Notes: generated from the letters alone by a model not told the origin. Shown: positions 27,461 to 38,338, counted from the first letter of the stretch. The stretch: DNA of 64,000 nt from Candidatus Omnitrophica bacterium UBA6253 (GCA_002441245.1 DJVP01000008.1:12593-76592), one strand, 5' to 3'. Program-made: numbers and translations.

Positions 27461-27796
27461 AATATTTACTTCATCCTATCCCGTATCACAAGATACGACT
27501 ATCAAAAAAATAAGGGCCCGATTCGCTTGCAATAATGAGCCCTTTAGACATCTATCTAATTTTTCCCAACTTAGTTTATCCAACCTCCTAAATAAACATT
27601 TAAACATTATATTTATATTATTTTTTATCATAATATCCTGTTATTGTCAAGTATTTTTTGTGCTTGTTTCCCGACGATAAAATAATATTTATAGCATATT
27701 TGTAATTTTAGTTTTTATTTTCTCACAACTAGTAGCCCTGGGCCCTTTAAACTGTTCCTAAAACAGCTTTTAAGCTACTAATGTTTAATTATTTGT

Positions 27797-27825
27797 TTGA
27801 CTTGTTTATTATTTTAAAATAGAAT
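27797..27825 (+). promoter_or_regulatory. Possible leaderless promoter: TTGACT, 17-nt spacer, TAGAAT
   Basis: -35 at 27797-27802 and -10 at 27820-27825. The ATG at 27834 is only 8 nt downstream, so the transcript may be leaderless. Sequence inspection only. Confidence 0.2.
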
Positions 27826-27833
27826 TACTCATA

Positions 27834-28955
27834 ATGCAGTATCTAGTTTTAGTCCTGATATTTATCCGGCCGTTTATCTCCTCCCTGGCTTACCCCTGGG
27901 AGAATTCAGTATATTCTCTTGCGCTCATAGCCATACTTTTATTCTGGCTTATAAGAAGCAGCGTCTCACTTGAAAGGCTAAAAAAGCTGTCCCTGCCGAT
28001 TATTGTTTTCGTTCTTGCCATATCCTTATCCTCTTATTTTTCAGTAAATAAGATTAAAAATGCCGCAGAATCATATAAATACTTGAGCGGGATATTGCTT
28101 ATCCTGACCCTGCCAAGCTTAACAGAAAAATTCAGGAAACGCTACATCGCAGGGATATTAACCTGCTGCATGGTTATCAGCATACTGGCAATATATCAGT
28201 ATTTTATTGGTTTCTCGCATTTACGTAATTTCATAAATACACAAAACATAACCGCTCCTTTTATCTTAGATTACCTGCGGCAAAAAAGGGTCTTTTTTCC
28301 TTTTGTTACTCCGGGAACACTTGCGGGTTATCTGGTCATGGTCGCCCCGCTCATACTCTTATATAAAAGAAGAGCTTGGCTTTTTATCCCCCTACTATGC
28401 GCTTTATTCCTTACTCAATCCCTGGGTGCTTTCATCAGCTTGTTTCTAACTGCTATGGTCTATGTATTGTTAAAAAATGATTTTAAAAAAATAAGGGGAA
28501 TTTTTATGCTAGGATTTCTAGTTCTATTTATCCCTCTAATATTCTTTATGAGGATTTCATCCGGGAAGGAACACCTTAGCCCGCTATTCTCTGTATTTAT
28601 GCGTATTAACTACTGGCAAGACACCATTGGAATAATCAAAATGCACCCGTTCCTCGGGGTGGGGATGGGTAATTTTAATCTGGCCTATTCACGTTACGCG
28701 CATAACTCCTTCCTGCAATTATGGGCGGAGACTGGTTTAATCGGGATAGTGTCGTTATTTTGGCTAATTTATGCGATCCTGGTAAACAGCGTTGGCAAAC
28801 TTAAAAACCTTGCTGGCGATAAAGAAACCCTTATTCTTGCTACTTGCCTGGCAGCATTTATCTTCCACAATTTATGGGATTTTAGCTTCTTCCTCCCAGA
28901 GGTAAGTTTAATTTGGTGGGCAATCCTAGGCCTGCTTTCCAAGCCTAAATCTTAG
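27834..28955 (+). CDS. O-antigen ligase / O-antigen polymerase family membrane protein (Wzy_C domain)
   Basis: 373 aa, polytopic. The motif HNSFLQLWAETGLIG is typical of WaaL/Wzy_C. Confidence 0.65.
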   Translation: MQYLVLVLIFIRPFISSLAYPWENSVYSLALIAILLFWLIRSSVSLERLKKLSLPIIVFVLAISLSSYFSVNKIKNAAESYKYLSGILLILTLPSLTEKFRKRYIAGILTCCMVISILAIYQYFIGFSHLRNFINTQNITAPFILDYLRQKRVFFPFVTPGTLAGYLVMVAPLILLYKRRAWLFIPLLCALFLTQSLGAFISLFLTAMVYVLLKNDFKKIRGIFMLGFLVLFIPLIFFMRISSGKEHLSPLFSVFMRINYWQDTIGIIKMHPFLGVGMGNFNLAYSRYAHNSFLQLWAETGLIGIVSLFWLIYAILVNSVGKLKNLAGDKETLILATCLAAFIFHNLWDFSFFLPEVSLIWWAILGLLSKPKS

Positions 28956-29865
28956 AAAAGCACCTTAATTTACGTAAAAATATCTTTGCTACCTTAGGCC
29001 GGAAAAATAAGACATATCCCCAGGCGAAAAAATCATACAATATCATTGGGATAAAGTGTATAAGAAGATTCAAAAGATTTGCATTTTTAAATATGGTAAA
29101 ATAGCGGTTTTTAATCAAATCGCCGTGCAATTCATCATTCAGATATCTACGCGCAATGGGTGCGCCTAACCCGCAATCAGGGCGGAATGACCCTCCGCGT
29201 GCATGAAACGCCTTTGCCGCGGGGATATAATAAGCCTTCCATCCGCAATTATTAGCCCTCCAAGAAATATCCAGATCTTCATAAAACATGCGAAAATCAT
29301 GATCAAAATAATCCTGCCCCTGTCTGATATCTTCCAGCATTTTCCTGCGATAAAAAGCTACCGCGCCGCTTACTCCAAAGATGAAGCCGGACTTTTCAAA
29401 TTTACCTGTATCTTTCCGGCCATACCCTCTTTCTTTGGCTGAATACCAAAGGCTTAAAAATAACCCGGTACTATCCAAAGTCGCGCCATCCATGCGCAAG
29501 ATCTTACCTCCAACCATCCCCACGTTATCGCTTATCAAAAAACCATTAAGCGCCTGGTAAATGAAATTCTGCCCTAAAACTACGTCGTCATTAAGACAAA
29601 GGACGAATTCGCCATGGCTTAATTTTATTCCTTTGTTTAACGATATACCATAGCATAGATTCTGCGGGCTTGAGTATAATCTTGCGGAAGGGAATACCTC
29701 TTTAATCTTAGCAGAAAAGTTTGATCTAAGCGAATTATCAATAACAATAACTTCCAGGTTGGGATAATTCTGCGCCTTTACAGACTCAAGGCATCGGCTT
29801 AAATAATCCTTTGAGCCGACGGTTACAATGATGATACTAACCAATATATCAGTATTGTTCTCCAT
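28945..29865 (-). CDS. Family 2 glycosyltransferase
   Basis: 306 aa. N-terminal VSIIIVTVGSKDYLSRCLESVKAQNYP and the DxD-like NDDV. Confidence 0.8.
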   Translation of the reverse strand: MENNTDILVSIIIVTVGSKDYLSRCLESVKAQNYPNLEVIVIDNSLRSNFSAKIKEVFPSARLYSSPQNLCYGISLNKGIKLSHGEFVLCLNDDVVLGQNFIYQALNGFLISDNVGMVGGKILRMDGATLDSTGLFLSLWYSAKERGYGRKDTGKFEKSGFIFGVSGAVAFYRRKMLEDIRQGQDYFDHDFRMFYEDLDISWRANNCGWKAYYIPAAKAFHARGGSFRPDCGLGAPIARRYLNDELHGDLIKNRYFTIFKNANLLNLLIHFIPMILYDFFAWGYVLFFRPKVAKIFLRKLRCFSKI

Positions 29866-31348
29866 GGTTCTTTTCTATGCGCTCAATTGCATCCCGATAG
29901 AAAATTACCTCCCCCCGGGAAGAACCCAGCCACACCTCCAGGACTACTTTATCTGGATATTCTTTTATTATCTTTGCCTGTAAGTGCCGTCCATTCTTCA
30001 AATAAATCACGTCTTTCTGCTCCGAGTACGTTTTTACTTTAGGCAAAGATTGTTTATCTAGCCTGGATATTTCATTATCTATAAAGTCTTCACCCGTAGA
30101 AAGTTGCTTTGCTTTTTCCAATGCCTTTAAAGCTAAATCCGTATTTTGCATTTTTTCATTTATTTTAGACAAGGTTAGATAAGCCTGCCGATAACGGGGG
30201 TAGGAATCTATCACGCCATTTATAATCTCCCTGGCTTTTTCAGATTCGCCAATCCCATTTAAAGCGTGGGCATAATTATTAAGCAAAACTGGATTATCAG
30301 GATTATTTCTAAGTTCCTGCTGGCAATAACGTGCTTCTTTCTGATACTCTAAGACAGCCTGGGCACGATTATCTAAAGCATAATAAATATCTGCCAAATC
30401 ATTATACAAGTTAGGATAGTCATTCTTTAATACGATCAGCTTGCTGTATTCCGAGATTGCTTGGTTAAACATCTTATTATCGCGATAGAGGCTGCCTAAG
30501 CTATAAATATAATCCGCGTTATCCGGCTCCAGACTTACTGCTTTTTTTAAATAAGCAATTGCTTCTGCATATCGCTCCAGGTGCATTAACGCCAGGCCCA
30601 AATCATTATAGATAGCGGCGTCATTATTATTTAAGGCGAGTGCATCCTTGGCAAAAGATAATTCTTTTTTAAAGTCTCCTTTTTTAAAATACACCTGACT
30701 GAGTAATTTATGCGCATAATGAAACTGCGGGTCTATTAAGAGGGTTTTTTTCAGGCTGGCTTCGGCATTATCATAATCTTTAACGCAAAAGTAATAATAA
30801 CCCAGGGTATACTGGGCTACGGCAAAATCAGGACATGATTTAAGCGCCTCTTTTAAAAGAGATATTGCTTCTGTGCTCTTGTCCGCCAAAAGCAACTCCG
30901 TGCTCTTGTTCAGGGTAGAGACTACAAAGGCATAACAGCATTCCTGCGAAGATTGGATGACATCTGGATTATTCGGGGTATTATTCCGTGCCCGGCTAAT
31001 GACACTCAAGGCTTCAGCATGGTTGCCTTTTTGAGAATACATTTCTGCCAAGGATTTATAAGCTTTTACACAGAGAGGGTCTATGCTTAAGACTTTATTG
31101 TATTCATCCGCCGCTTTATCATAATCCTGGATATCTCTATATGCCTCCGCTAATCCCATATGAGCCAACCAGGATTGCGGATTTATTTTAAGGGCATTCC
31201 CATAGGATTCTATTGCTTCTTTGTATAGAGCTCTCCCTGAATAATCATTGCCCTGATTATAAAAAAAAGCCTCAAGTTTTCCCCGGGCCAGATATAAAAA
31301 GATAACTAAAACTACTAGAAGCAACAAATATTCAATTATTTTTTTCAT
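29849..31348 (-). CDS. TPR-repeat protein with an N-terminal membrane anchor
   Basis: 499 aa. Many 34-aa TPR units with the A..Y......Y..A...Y...L..P pattern. Confidence 0.7.
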   Translation of the reverse strand: MKKIIEYLLLLVVLVIFLYLARGKLEAFFYNQGNDYSGRALYKEAIESYGNALKINPQSWLAHMGLAEAYRDIQDYDKAADEYNKVLSIDPLCVKAYKSLAEMYSQKGNHAEALSVISRARNNTPNNPDVIQSSQECCYAFVVSTLNKSTELLLADKSTEAISLLKEALKSCPDFAVAQYTLGYYYFCVKDYDNAEASLKKTLLIDPQFHYAHKLLSQVYFKKGDFKKELSFAKDALALNNNDAAIYNDLGLALMHLERYAEAIAYLKKAVSLEPDNADYIYSLGSLYRDNKMFNQAISEYSKLIVLKNDYPNLYNDLADIYYALDNRAQAVLEYQKEARYCQQELRNNPDNPVLLNNYAHALNGIGESEKAREIINGVIDSYPRYRQAYLTLSKINEKMQNTDLALKALEKAKQLSTGEDFIDNEISRLDKQSLPKVKTYSEQKDVIYLKNGRHLQAKIIKEYPDKVVLEVWLGSSRGEVIFYRDAIERIEKNHGEQY

Positions 31349-32643
31349 CTTATAATTTTATCTGCTACCCGCCTGCCATCAAGTATCGCCTCTTCCATGG
31401 ACATATATTTCCAGCTTCCATAGCGGCCACAAGCAATTATATTATTGTGCGATAAAAACTCTCCTATTGCCGCCGTAGCCTGGAGATAATATTTGTCGTA
31501 AATAGGATAACCGTATTTTATATCATTTATATCTAAAACGGACACCCTGTTCTTCTTGCCCAGGATTCCACGGGTCTTAAGGCCGTTAATTATTTTCGGA
31601 ATAATTTTATTTTTATTAACCGGCCTGTTTTTAGAATATGCGACCTCGGTATATATGGCACTCTTTCCACTAGGAACGGTATTATTAGAAAAACTGTGGA
31701 AAAAACCAACCCTAAAGAAAACAGTATCCTTATGCGGAAAATATATCCAATGCCTGCCTTCTTGGCAGCCCCCTTCTACCCCAAGATTAAGATTAAATAT
31801 CGAATTCCAGCGTAATTTCTTAAACATATCCATAATATTCCCGGGTAGAGGCCGGATTATTTTTGCCAGTTCAGGCAATGGTATTGTTGAAATCAAAGTA
31901 TCAAACTTAATTTTTTCCTTGCCCGCGACATTTAATTCCTTTTTCTGAATATCAATTGCGCTAATTCCAAACCCTTTGTGTACATTGCAAAGCTGCTGCT
32001 CAAATGCCAGGGGAAGCTGTCCTATGCCTGCCTGCCGGGGATACCAAAAAGTAGCATTGTAACCAAAGTGATGTTTGTTTTCCGCAAAAAACCCCTCAAT
32101 AACTTCAGAAGGCCTGGGCACAGGTATAAAATTATCCGTCCAAGCAGAAATCATTTTATCTAAAGGGACTGTCCAGAATTTCTCATTGTAAGGTATCATA
32201 AAATGCCTGGCTATACCTTTGCCAAATGTAATATTTATCCATTTTAATAAATTATCCGGGGTATTATCTTGATAAGTCTGGCTGGCCTTTAAGAATTCAA
32301 ATAGGCATTCTTTGGCTATTGGCCTGGGCAATGCGCAAAGATTCGCCTGAAAAGGATACCGGCTGAATATGCCAAAGCTATTAACCCAGGCACTCCTTTT
32401 ATGGGAGACCAAATTACCCTTTAACAACATCCTTACCAACTGCAGGGTATATTTATTTCTGAAATGCAGGAGATGGCCGTCACAATCAAAAATAAAACCT
32501 TTGATCTTTTTAGAGCGGCACAGTCCACCTACGGCAGGCTCTTTTTCAAACACAGAGCATTCTATTTTCTTCTTCTGAAGATGCCAGGCTGCGCTTAATC
32601 CCGCAAGCCCTGCCCCTAAAATAACGATTTTCTTATTGCTCAT
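31345..32643 (-). CDS. FAD-dependent oxidoreductase, possibly UDP-galactopyranose-mutase-like
   Basis: 432 aa. VILGAGLAGLSAA dinucleotide-binding motif. FDCDGHLLHF resembles the Glf motif region. Confidence 0.45.
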   Translation of the reverse strand: MSNKKIVILGAGLAGLSAAWHLQKKKIECSVFEKEPAVGGLCRSKKIKGFIFDCDGHLLHFRNKYTLQLVRMLLKGNLVSHKRSAWVNSFGIFSRYPFQANLCALPRPIAKECLFEFLKASQTYQDNTPDNLLKWINITFGKGIARHFMIPYNEKFWTVPLDKMISAWTDNFIPVPRPSEVIEGFFAENKHHFGYNATFWYPRQAGIGQLPLAFEQQLCNVHKGFGISAIDIQKKELNVAGKEKIKFDTLISTIPLPELAKIIRPLPGNIMDMFKKLRWNSIFNLNLGVEGGCQEGRHWIYFPHKDTVFFRVGFFHSFSNNTVPSGKSAIYTEVAYSKNRPVNKNKIIPKIINGLKTRGILGKKNRVSVLDINDIKYGYPIYDKYYLQATAAIGEFLSHNNIIACGRYGSWKYMSMEEAILDGRRVADKIIR

Positions 32644-33619
32644 CTGTATCTATTTTAATCAGCTTCCAAAATAAAATAATACTGAAGAAGAACATGGCTA
32701 TAACAATACCAGTTGCCCAAAAATTGCTCACTTTTATTAAAACCACTCCCGCCAGGGAGAAAAGGAAACAAAACAAAAACATGAGCAAAATAGTCTTTAT
32801 GGGGCTGGCAGCGGAAAGCCTTATCCTAAATGCGATATGATCATTGCTTTTTTTAAAAGGCATCTTTCTTTTTATTACCCTAAAAATAATAAGTAGCAGC
32901 GTGTCTATGATGGGGAGCCATAAGATTACTATCGGGCTTAATAAGGCAAGGGCGTTATCTTTGGAGGCATAACGCAAAACCAAGGTAATGGCGCAAATCA
33001 TAAACCCTAAAAAGTGGCTTCCGGAATTTCCTAGATATACACTTGCCGGAGGTAAGTTAAAAACCAGGAACCCAAAAGTTACCGCACATAAAATAAGAGA
33101 GAGGATCTGCATATTTAAATCCGGATTAAGAAAAGCTATAGCTAATAAGGAACTGCTTACAATGAAAGCGGTGCCAGCAGCTAAGCCGTCCATAATATCC
33201 AGTAGGTTAAAAGCATTGGTAATCCCTAAAATCCAGAAAAATGTAACTACGGCATTGCCCCAAAAACCCAAATACATAATATCAGTCATTATTCCAAAGG
33301 AGATCAGCAAAACTGCGCATAGAGACTGAACTAAGAATTTTTGCAGGATAGACAATTCCTTTAAATCATCCAATATGCCAAAGAATAACATCAAAAGCGA
33401 TACTCCTAGTACTGCAAGTATTTTAGCCCCCGCAGCACCAAACACATACACGCCTAAACAAGAAGAAAACACAAAAGCAACCCCTATCCCTATCCCCCCA
33501 ACCGAAGAAATACCTTTTGTTTGCAGTATTCTATATTTTAAAGAAACCTTTGCCAGTAAAAATATGCACAGCATGCTGGATATCAAAGCACCGGATAAGA
33601 CAATCAGGTATTTAAGCAT
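32633..33619 (-). CDS. WecA/MraY-family polyprenyl-phosphate sugar-1-phosphate transferase
   Basis: 328 aa, polytopic. NAFNLLDIMDGLAAG matches the NxxNxxDGxDGL motif. Confidence 0.8.
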   Translation of the reverse strand: MLKYLIVLSGALISSMLCIFLLAKVSLKYRILQTKGISSVGGIGIGVAFVFSSCLGVYVFGAAGAKILAVLGVSLLMLFFGILDDLKELSILQKFLVQSLCAVLLISFGIMTDIMYLGFWGNAVVTFFWILGITNAFNLLDIMDGLAAGTAFIVSSSLLAIAFLNPDLNMQILSLILCAVTFGFLVFNLPPASVYLGNSGSHFLGFMICAITLVLRYASKDNALALLSPIVILWLPIIDTLLLIIFRVIKRKMPFKKSNDHIAFRIRLSAASPIKTILLMFLFCFLFSLAGVVLIKVSNFWATGIVIAMFFFSIILFWKLIKIDTDEQ

Positions 33620-34784
33620 TTTTTCCCTTAAAGAACAGCTCCAAATAAAGTTGAGTGGTATTTCTGAGCATAGTATCTAACGAATACTCTCTAGATTCCA
33701 ATGTTGAACTGGAAAATTGAGCAAACTTTTTTCTCAGATAAGGCTTCATTAATAACTCTTCTAATCTTTTCTGCAAAGTATTTATATCGTGGGGCTTGGC
33801 TAAATACCCTGTTTTCCCCTGCAAGACAACTTCACTAACCCCTCCGGTATCAGTAGCTACTACCGGCACCCCCATAGCCATGGCCTCCAAAACAGCAATC
33901 GGTAATCCCTCCCATAACGAAGTCAAAACAAAAATATCCAAACAAGATAGGATTGAAGCAACGTCATTGCGCCAGCCTGTTAAAATAACTTGCTCTTTTA
34001 GATTAAGCTTGCTTATCAGCGTACAAATCTCTTTACGCATGACTCCATCACCGACTAAAATGAATTTAGTATTAGGAAACCTTCCTTTAACGGCATTGGC
34101 CAACCTTATAAAATCCAAAGGGGCTTTCTGAGGCTTAAAACAAGCGACCATGCCAATAATTAAATCTTCTCCAGATAAAGCAAACTCTTTTCTTACCTGA
34201 TAAGCCGCCTCTGTGTTATTTTTAAACTCCTTATAATCTATGGCATATCTTATTAACTCGCATTTATCCTGCCTGCAAATTAACTGCTGAGCAGCACGTT
34301 TTTTATCCCACTGAGAAACAACGATTATCGCGCTAGAGAAACATGCACAGATATTCTCCAGAAATAGATAAAAATAATAGGCCAGGCATGATTGATAACC
34401 ATGGAAACTCCATCCATGGACAGTGTGGATAATTGTCTTTACCCCGGATGCCTTGGCCGCTAATCTCCCTAAAATGCCGGCCTTAGAACTATGCGTATGG
34501 ACTATATCTATGCTGTTATTTCTTATAAAACGATATATAAAAAATAATGCCAATATGTCTTTGGCAGGACGGATTTCTCGCTCAAGAAACTTGCAGCGTA
34601 TTAATCTCAATCCGGGGATATTTTTTGCCGCCTCAATCAATAAACCATCATAAGCAGTGATAATATACGGATTAAATCTTTCCTTATCTAGCTGGCGGAC
34701 AAGACTTAAAAGCTGCTTTTGGGCCCCTCCTAGCTCCAACTTTGTAATTACATAAAGCAGATTGATTTTCCGGCAGGAACCCAT
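33612..34784 (-). CDS. Family 4 (GT-B) glycosyltransferase
   Basis: 390 aa. EGLPIAVLEAMAMGVPVVATDTGG is the GT4 E-x7-E region. Confidence 0.8.
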   Translation of the reverse strand: MGSCRKINLLYVITKLELGGAQKQLLSLVRQLDKERFNPYIITAYDGLLIEAAKNIPGLRLIRCKFLEREIRPAKDILALFFIYRFIRNNSIDIVHTHSSKAGILGRLAAKASGVKTIIHTVHGWSFHGYQSCLAYYFYLFLENICACFSSAIIVVSQWDKKRAAQQLICRQDKCELIRYAIDYKEFKNNTEAAYQVRKEFALSGEDLIIGMVACFKPQKAPLDFIRLANAVKGRFPNTKFILVGDGVMRKEICTLISKLNLKEQVILTGWRNDVASILSCLDIFVLTSLWEGLPIAVLEAMAMGVPVVATDTGGVSEVVLQGKTGYLAKPHDINTLQKRLEELLMKPYLRKKFAQFSSSTLESREYSLDTMLRNTTQLYLELFFKGKNA

Positions 34785-34903
34785 TCGATTATTATATTAC
34801 TTTTGGAATAAAACCGCAAGTTTATTAAGGAGTTACGGAGTTCATCTTACTAATTAACAACCTTAAACCTTGTAATAAAAACTGGCATGCATATTAATAA
34901 AAA

Positions 34904-35569
34904 TTATAGCAAAAAAGCTTCTGGCGGGTAAGATTCTTGACAATCTGCCAGGATAACATTCATACTGGATAAATCTTTAATTAATTGCTCGATATTAGTA
35001 AAAATGAAGCTATTTATTCCAAGGCAAGCAGCACTGTTTACCAGTTCGGGGCGGTCATCGATATAAAATATATTTTCCGGCAAAACCCCTAATTCCTTAA
35101 TCGCCTTCTGGTAAATTATCTTATCCGGTTTAGCCGCGCCAACTTCAAAGGATAAAAATAACCTTTCGAAAAGATTGAAAATCGGGAAGTTATTTTTAAT
35201 ATACCTATAATGTAGAATATTGGTATTAGAAAGCAGGCCGATACGGTATTTTTTCTTAAGACGATTGGCAATGTGATAGACGGCTCGGTTTTTTTGACTA
35301 AAAAAGAAGACTTCATTCCAGATGGAAACAAAAGACTCATATCCTAGCCTTAGACCCAACATCTCTTTTGCCTGTTTATAAAACTCTCCAGATGAAAGCC
35401 CTCCTTTTTCAAAAGAATTAGTTATCTCTGAATCAAAGAACACCTTAAGAATTTCATCGGGGTTTTTACCGCAAAAGGCCGAGATTCTTTCTGTTGCCGG
35501 CCTAAAGTCCAGATCCACCAAGACATTGCCCAAGTCGAAAAGAATAACTTTTATTCCTGCCTCGGGCAT
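34904..35569 (-). CDS. HAD-family hydrolase
   Basis: 221 aa. Motif I is ILFDLGNVLVD, followed by a C-terminal DD motif. Confidence 0.7.
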   Translation of the reverse strand: MPEAGIKVILFDLGNVLVDLDFRPATERISAFCGKNPDEILKVFFDSEITNSFEKGGLSSGEFYKQAKEMLGLRLGYESFVSIWNEVFFFSQKNRAVYHIANRLKKKYRIGLLSNTNILHYRYIKNNFPIFNLFERLFLSFEVGAAKPDKIIYQKAIKELGVLPENIFYIDDRPELVNSAACLGINSFIFTNIEQLIKDLSSMNVILADCQESYPPEAFLL

Positions 35570-35572
35570 TTG

Positions 35573-36556
35573 CTAATTACCTTTATCTGTGTTCTTTTTG
35601 AATAAATCCAGGAACCGGTCCTCGTGCTCTTTATAAACATTCCACTTATCCAGTTCCACCTTTAGCTCGCTGGCTTTAGAAATATCGAGGCGGCTTTCCT
35701 CAAAAAGCTTTTCTATTTTTTCTTTCACTGAAACCGGCAATTTAGTAAGTTGGCTTAAAGTTTTCTTGATCAACTCAACCTCTTCTTCGCCGATAGGCAA
35801 AGACTGGCCAGAATTGCCAAGCTTCAAATAATCCAACAACTTATTGATTTCATTTTCCATCGCCTGAGCCTGTTCTTTCAGCGGCTGCACATTTATCTGC
35901 ATATTTAATATTTTCCCTAAACCAAGAAGCACTGCGGCTGAAGCTTTAGGATTTTCAATCTGAATAGTATAAAGAGGTATATCTCCAAGTAGGCAAAATC
36001 CCTTTAGACCGGCCTTTTTAGCCATACCCAAAAACAAACCATTCATTCCGCTAATCTGACCGTCTTCTAAAACGCCAAAATTATGTTTACTCAGACTTTC
36101 TTTTGTCTCCCGATCTGTTGCTACAAACCAAAGCCGTGAATCCTGTGTATGATCGGTTGCCTGGGGCATAGAAGCAAAACTTACGATCATCTCTACGCCT
36201 AAACTCTTAGCTAAATCAATAATTACCTTTGCATAACTATCCGCCTTAGCTAAGTCCGGCTGGGCATTGCTCAAGAAAATAACCAGGTCATTTTTTCCTG
36301 ATCCCGGGCGTTTTGAAGCAGGATTTTTCCAGTAATAAAATTTTCCCTGGGGCAAAAGAGGAGTTTCTAATATTCCAGACTGGACTACACTGCCGGTTAA
36401 ATAAAAGAATTCCTCCGGCTGGATCTGTGCAAACTCCTGGGCCTTTAACTCCTCGATTAGATACGAGGCAGCTTTAAACGCCACTTCGCCCATCCCTGGC
36501 CAGGCAACAATAAGATATGGCTTCTTGAGCCGTGGTTTCTTGGATATTTTTAGCAT
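35573..36556 (-). CDS. PAC2-family protein (proteasome-assembly-chaperone-2-like)
   Basis: 327 aa. N-terminal YLIVAWPGMGEVA and overall organisation recall the PAC2 family. Confidence is low to moderate. Confidence 0.45.
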   Translation of the reverse strand: MLKISKKPRLKKPYLIVAWPGMGEVAFKAASYLIEELKAQEFAQIQPEEFFYLTGSVVQSGILETPLLPQGKFYYWKNPASKRPGSGKNDLVIFLSNAQPDLAKADSYAKVIIDLAKSLGVEMIVSFASMPQATDHTQDSRLWFVATDRETKESLSKHNFGVLEDGQISGMNGLFLGMAKKAGLKGFCLLGDIPLYTIQIENPKASAAVLLGLGKILNMQINVQPLKEQAQAMENEINKLLDYLKLGNSGQSLPIGEEEVELIKKTLSQLTKLPVSVKEKIEKLFEESRLDISKASELKVELDKWNVYKEHEDRFLDLFKKNTDKGN

Positions 36557-36582
36557 TCTGCTGTCTCCTTATATTTTAATGA

Positions 36583-37728
36583 TCAGTTAAATTTATAATT
36601 CCTTAAAAAAGATACCAAAACCCGGGCGCCTTTATATAGGTTACTTAAGCGTGCATATTCATCTGCTACATGTGCGCAACCTTCTGTACCAAAACCTGTA
36701 GCCACAGCCGGAATATTCTTCAACTTGAAAAAAGTTATTACTGTTGCCCCCTCTGAACCGCTGATACGCGGGTTAATCTTTAAATTTTTCATTGCGCAGG
36801 CTAGCCCTTTAACCAAAGGATGCCCGGGATTAATGCTGTAAGGAGCCTGGATTCCCTGAATCTCAATTCTAAAATTACTAGTATATTTAGAGATAGTTGT
36901 TCTTAAATAATCTAAAATCTTTTTCTCCGACATCCCCGGGAGAAACCTGAAATCCATCCCAATCTCGCACCAATCACTGACTACATTTACTTTATCTCCG
37001 CCGTTTACAGTGCCTATGTTAATTGTGGGTTGATGTAAATATCTATTCTTCTTATATTTAATCTCCTGCTTCTTCAGCTCTACAATTATTTTAGCTGCGA
37101 TGTCTATCGCATTAACTCCTAACCATGGATAGGCCCCATGGGCTTTCTTGCCTTTTATATAGACCTTAAGATGAATTAGACCCTTTTGAGTAACCACAAT
37201 CTCAAAATCATCTGCGTCTAAGACCACCGCTGCATCTGGCTTCAAAATATTCCGCTCAAGTAAAGGTATCAACCCTAAAGATGAACCGCTTTCCTCATCG
37301 GCAGTAGCAGCAAAAACTAAATCGTAATCGAGTTTTATGCCATCTTCAATTATTGAGTTAAATGCTTCTAGGCAACTGGCTAAATTACCCTTACAATCTG
37401 TTGCACCTAACCCATAAATCCTATCTCCAATAATTTTAGCATCAAAAGGATTTGTTTTCCAGCTTTTGCCGGCTGGAACAGTATCCAGGTGCGGAGTAAG
37501 TAGGAGAGATTTCCCATGGCATCCTCCCTTAAGAGTGGCTAAAACATTAACCCTCTTCTCGCTGAATGCATAAGTTTTGGTTTTAAGGCCTAGGGATTTT
37601 AAATAAGCGCTGACAAAACCAGAAATCTTATGCTCATTGCCAGGGGGATTTTGCGAATCCAGAGAAATTAATTTCTGAATTGTCTGTATCAGGCGTCTTT
37701 TATTGACCATTAAGCGGGCAAATCTCAC
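36583..37728 (-). CDS. M20-family metallopeptidase (ArgE/DapE-like deacylase)
   Basis: 381 aa. HLDTVP and GATDCKG metal-binding motifs. Confidence 0.8.
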   Translation of the reverse strand: MRFARLMVNKRRLIQTIQKLISLDSQNPPGNEHKISGFVSAYLKSLGLKTKTYAFSEKRVNVLATLKGGCHGKSLLLTPHLDTVPAGKSWKTNPFDAKIIGDRIYGLGATDCKGNLASCLEAFNSIIEDGIKLDYDLVFAATADEESGSSLGLIPLLERNILKPDAAVVLDADDFEIVVTQKGLIHLKVYIKGKKAHGAYPWLGVNAIDIAAKIIVELKKQEIKYKKNRYLHQPTINIGTVNGGDKVNVVSDWCEIGMDFRFLPGMSEKKILDYLRTTISKYTSNFRIEIQGIQAPYSINPGHPLVKGLACAMKNLKINPRISGSEGATVITFFKLKNIPAVATGFGTEGCAHVADEYARLSNLYKGARVLVSFLRNYKFN

Positions 37729-38338
37729 ATTTGGGATTCTGTTTACGGCAATAATCTTTACCCAGTTTTACTAAAAGGGCGTGATATTCATTAAATAGTT
37801 TTGCATCATTTTTAAGATTACCCATAAAAATATCCTGAGCTTGTCCATAAGTAGCATTTTCTGCTAAAATGCGGTGACGGGAAAATATCCTTTTCGTATA
37901 AGCATCAATCACAAATACAGGCTTATTTAATGCATAAAGCAGGATTGAATCAGCGGTTTCCGGGCCGACCCCCTTAACCGCTAGTAATTGGCTGCGCAAG
38001 GCTGCTAAATCTTGAGAGCCCATACGTCTTATATCAGCCGAGTAAAATCTAAAGAAAAACCTAAGAAAATTTTTTATCCTTTCCGCCTTAATATTGTAAT
38101 ACCCGGAGCTTTTAATTAAATTCCCAAGCCTGCGGGATGAAAGTCTTAAAAGCCCTTTGGGATTCAAACATTTTCTCTCTTTAAGGGCAAAGATTGCTTT
38201 CTCTACATTAGCCCAATTAGTATTCTGCGTAAGAATTGCCCCTATAATCACTTCAAAACTACTATCTGCGGGCCACCAGTGCTGCGGGCCAAAATCAGAG
38301 TAAAGCCGTAAGAAGATTCGGTTTAATCTGCGCTTCAT
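37700..38338 (-). CDS. Endonuclease III-family HhH-GPD DNA glycosylase
   Basis: 212 aa. The HhH segment is VKGVGPETAD with the Asp further on. There are C-terminal Cys residues. Confidence 0.7.
   Translation of the reverse strand: MKRRLNRIFLRLYSDFGPQHWWPADSSFEVIIGAILTQNTNWANVEKAIFALKERKCLNPKGLLRLSSRRLGNLIKSSGYYNIKAERIKNFLRFFFRFYSADIRRMGSQDLAALRSQLLAVKGVGPETADSILLYALNKPVFVIDAYTKRIFSRHRILAENATYGQAQDIFMGNLKNDAKLFNEYHALLVKLGKDYCRKQNPKCEICPLNGQ

Noticed and set aside
27505-27545. Possible hairpin aagggc...gccctt in the AT-rich divergent intergenic region
   Set aside because: The stem is only 6 bp with a roughly 22-nt loop and no flanking T-run. It is not convincing as a terminator or riboswitch element.
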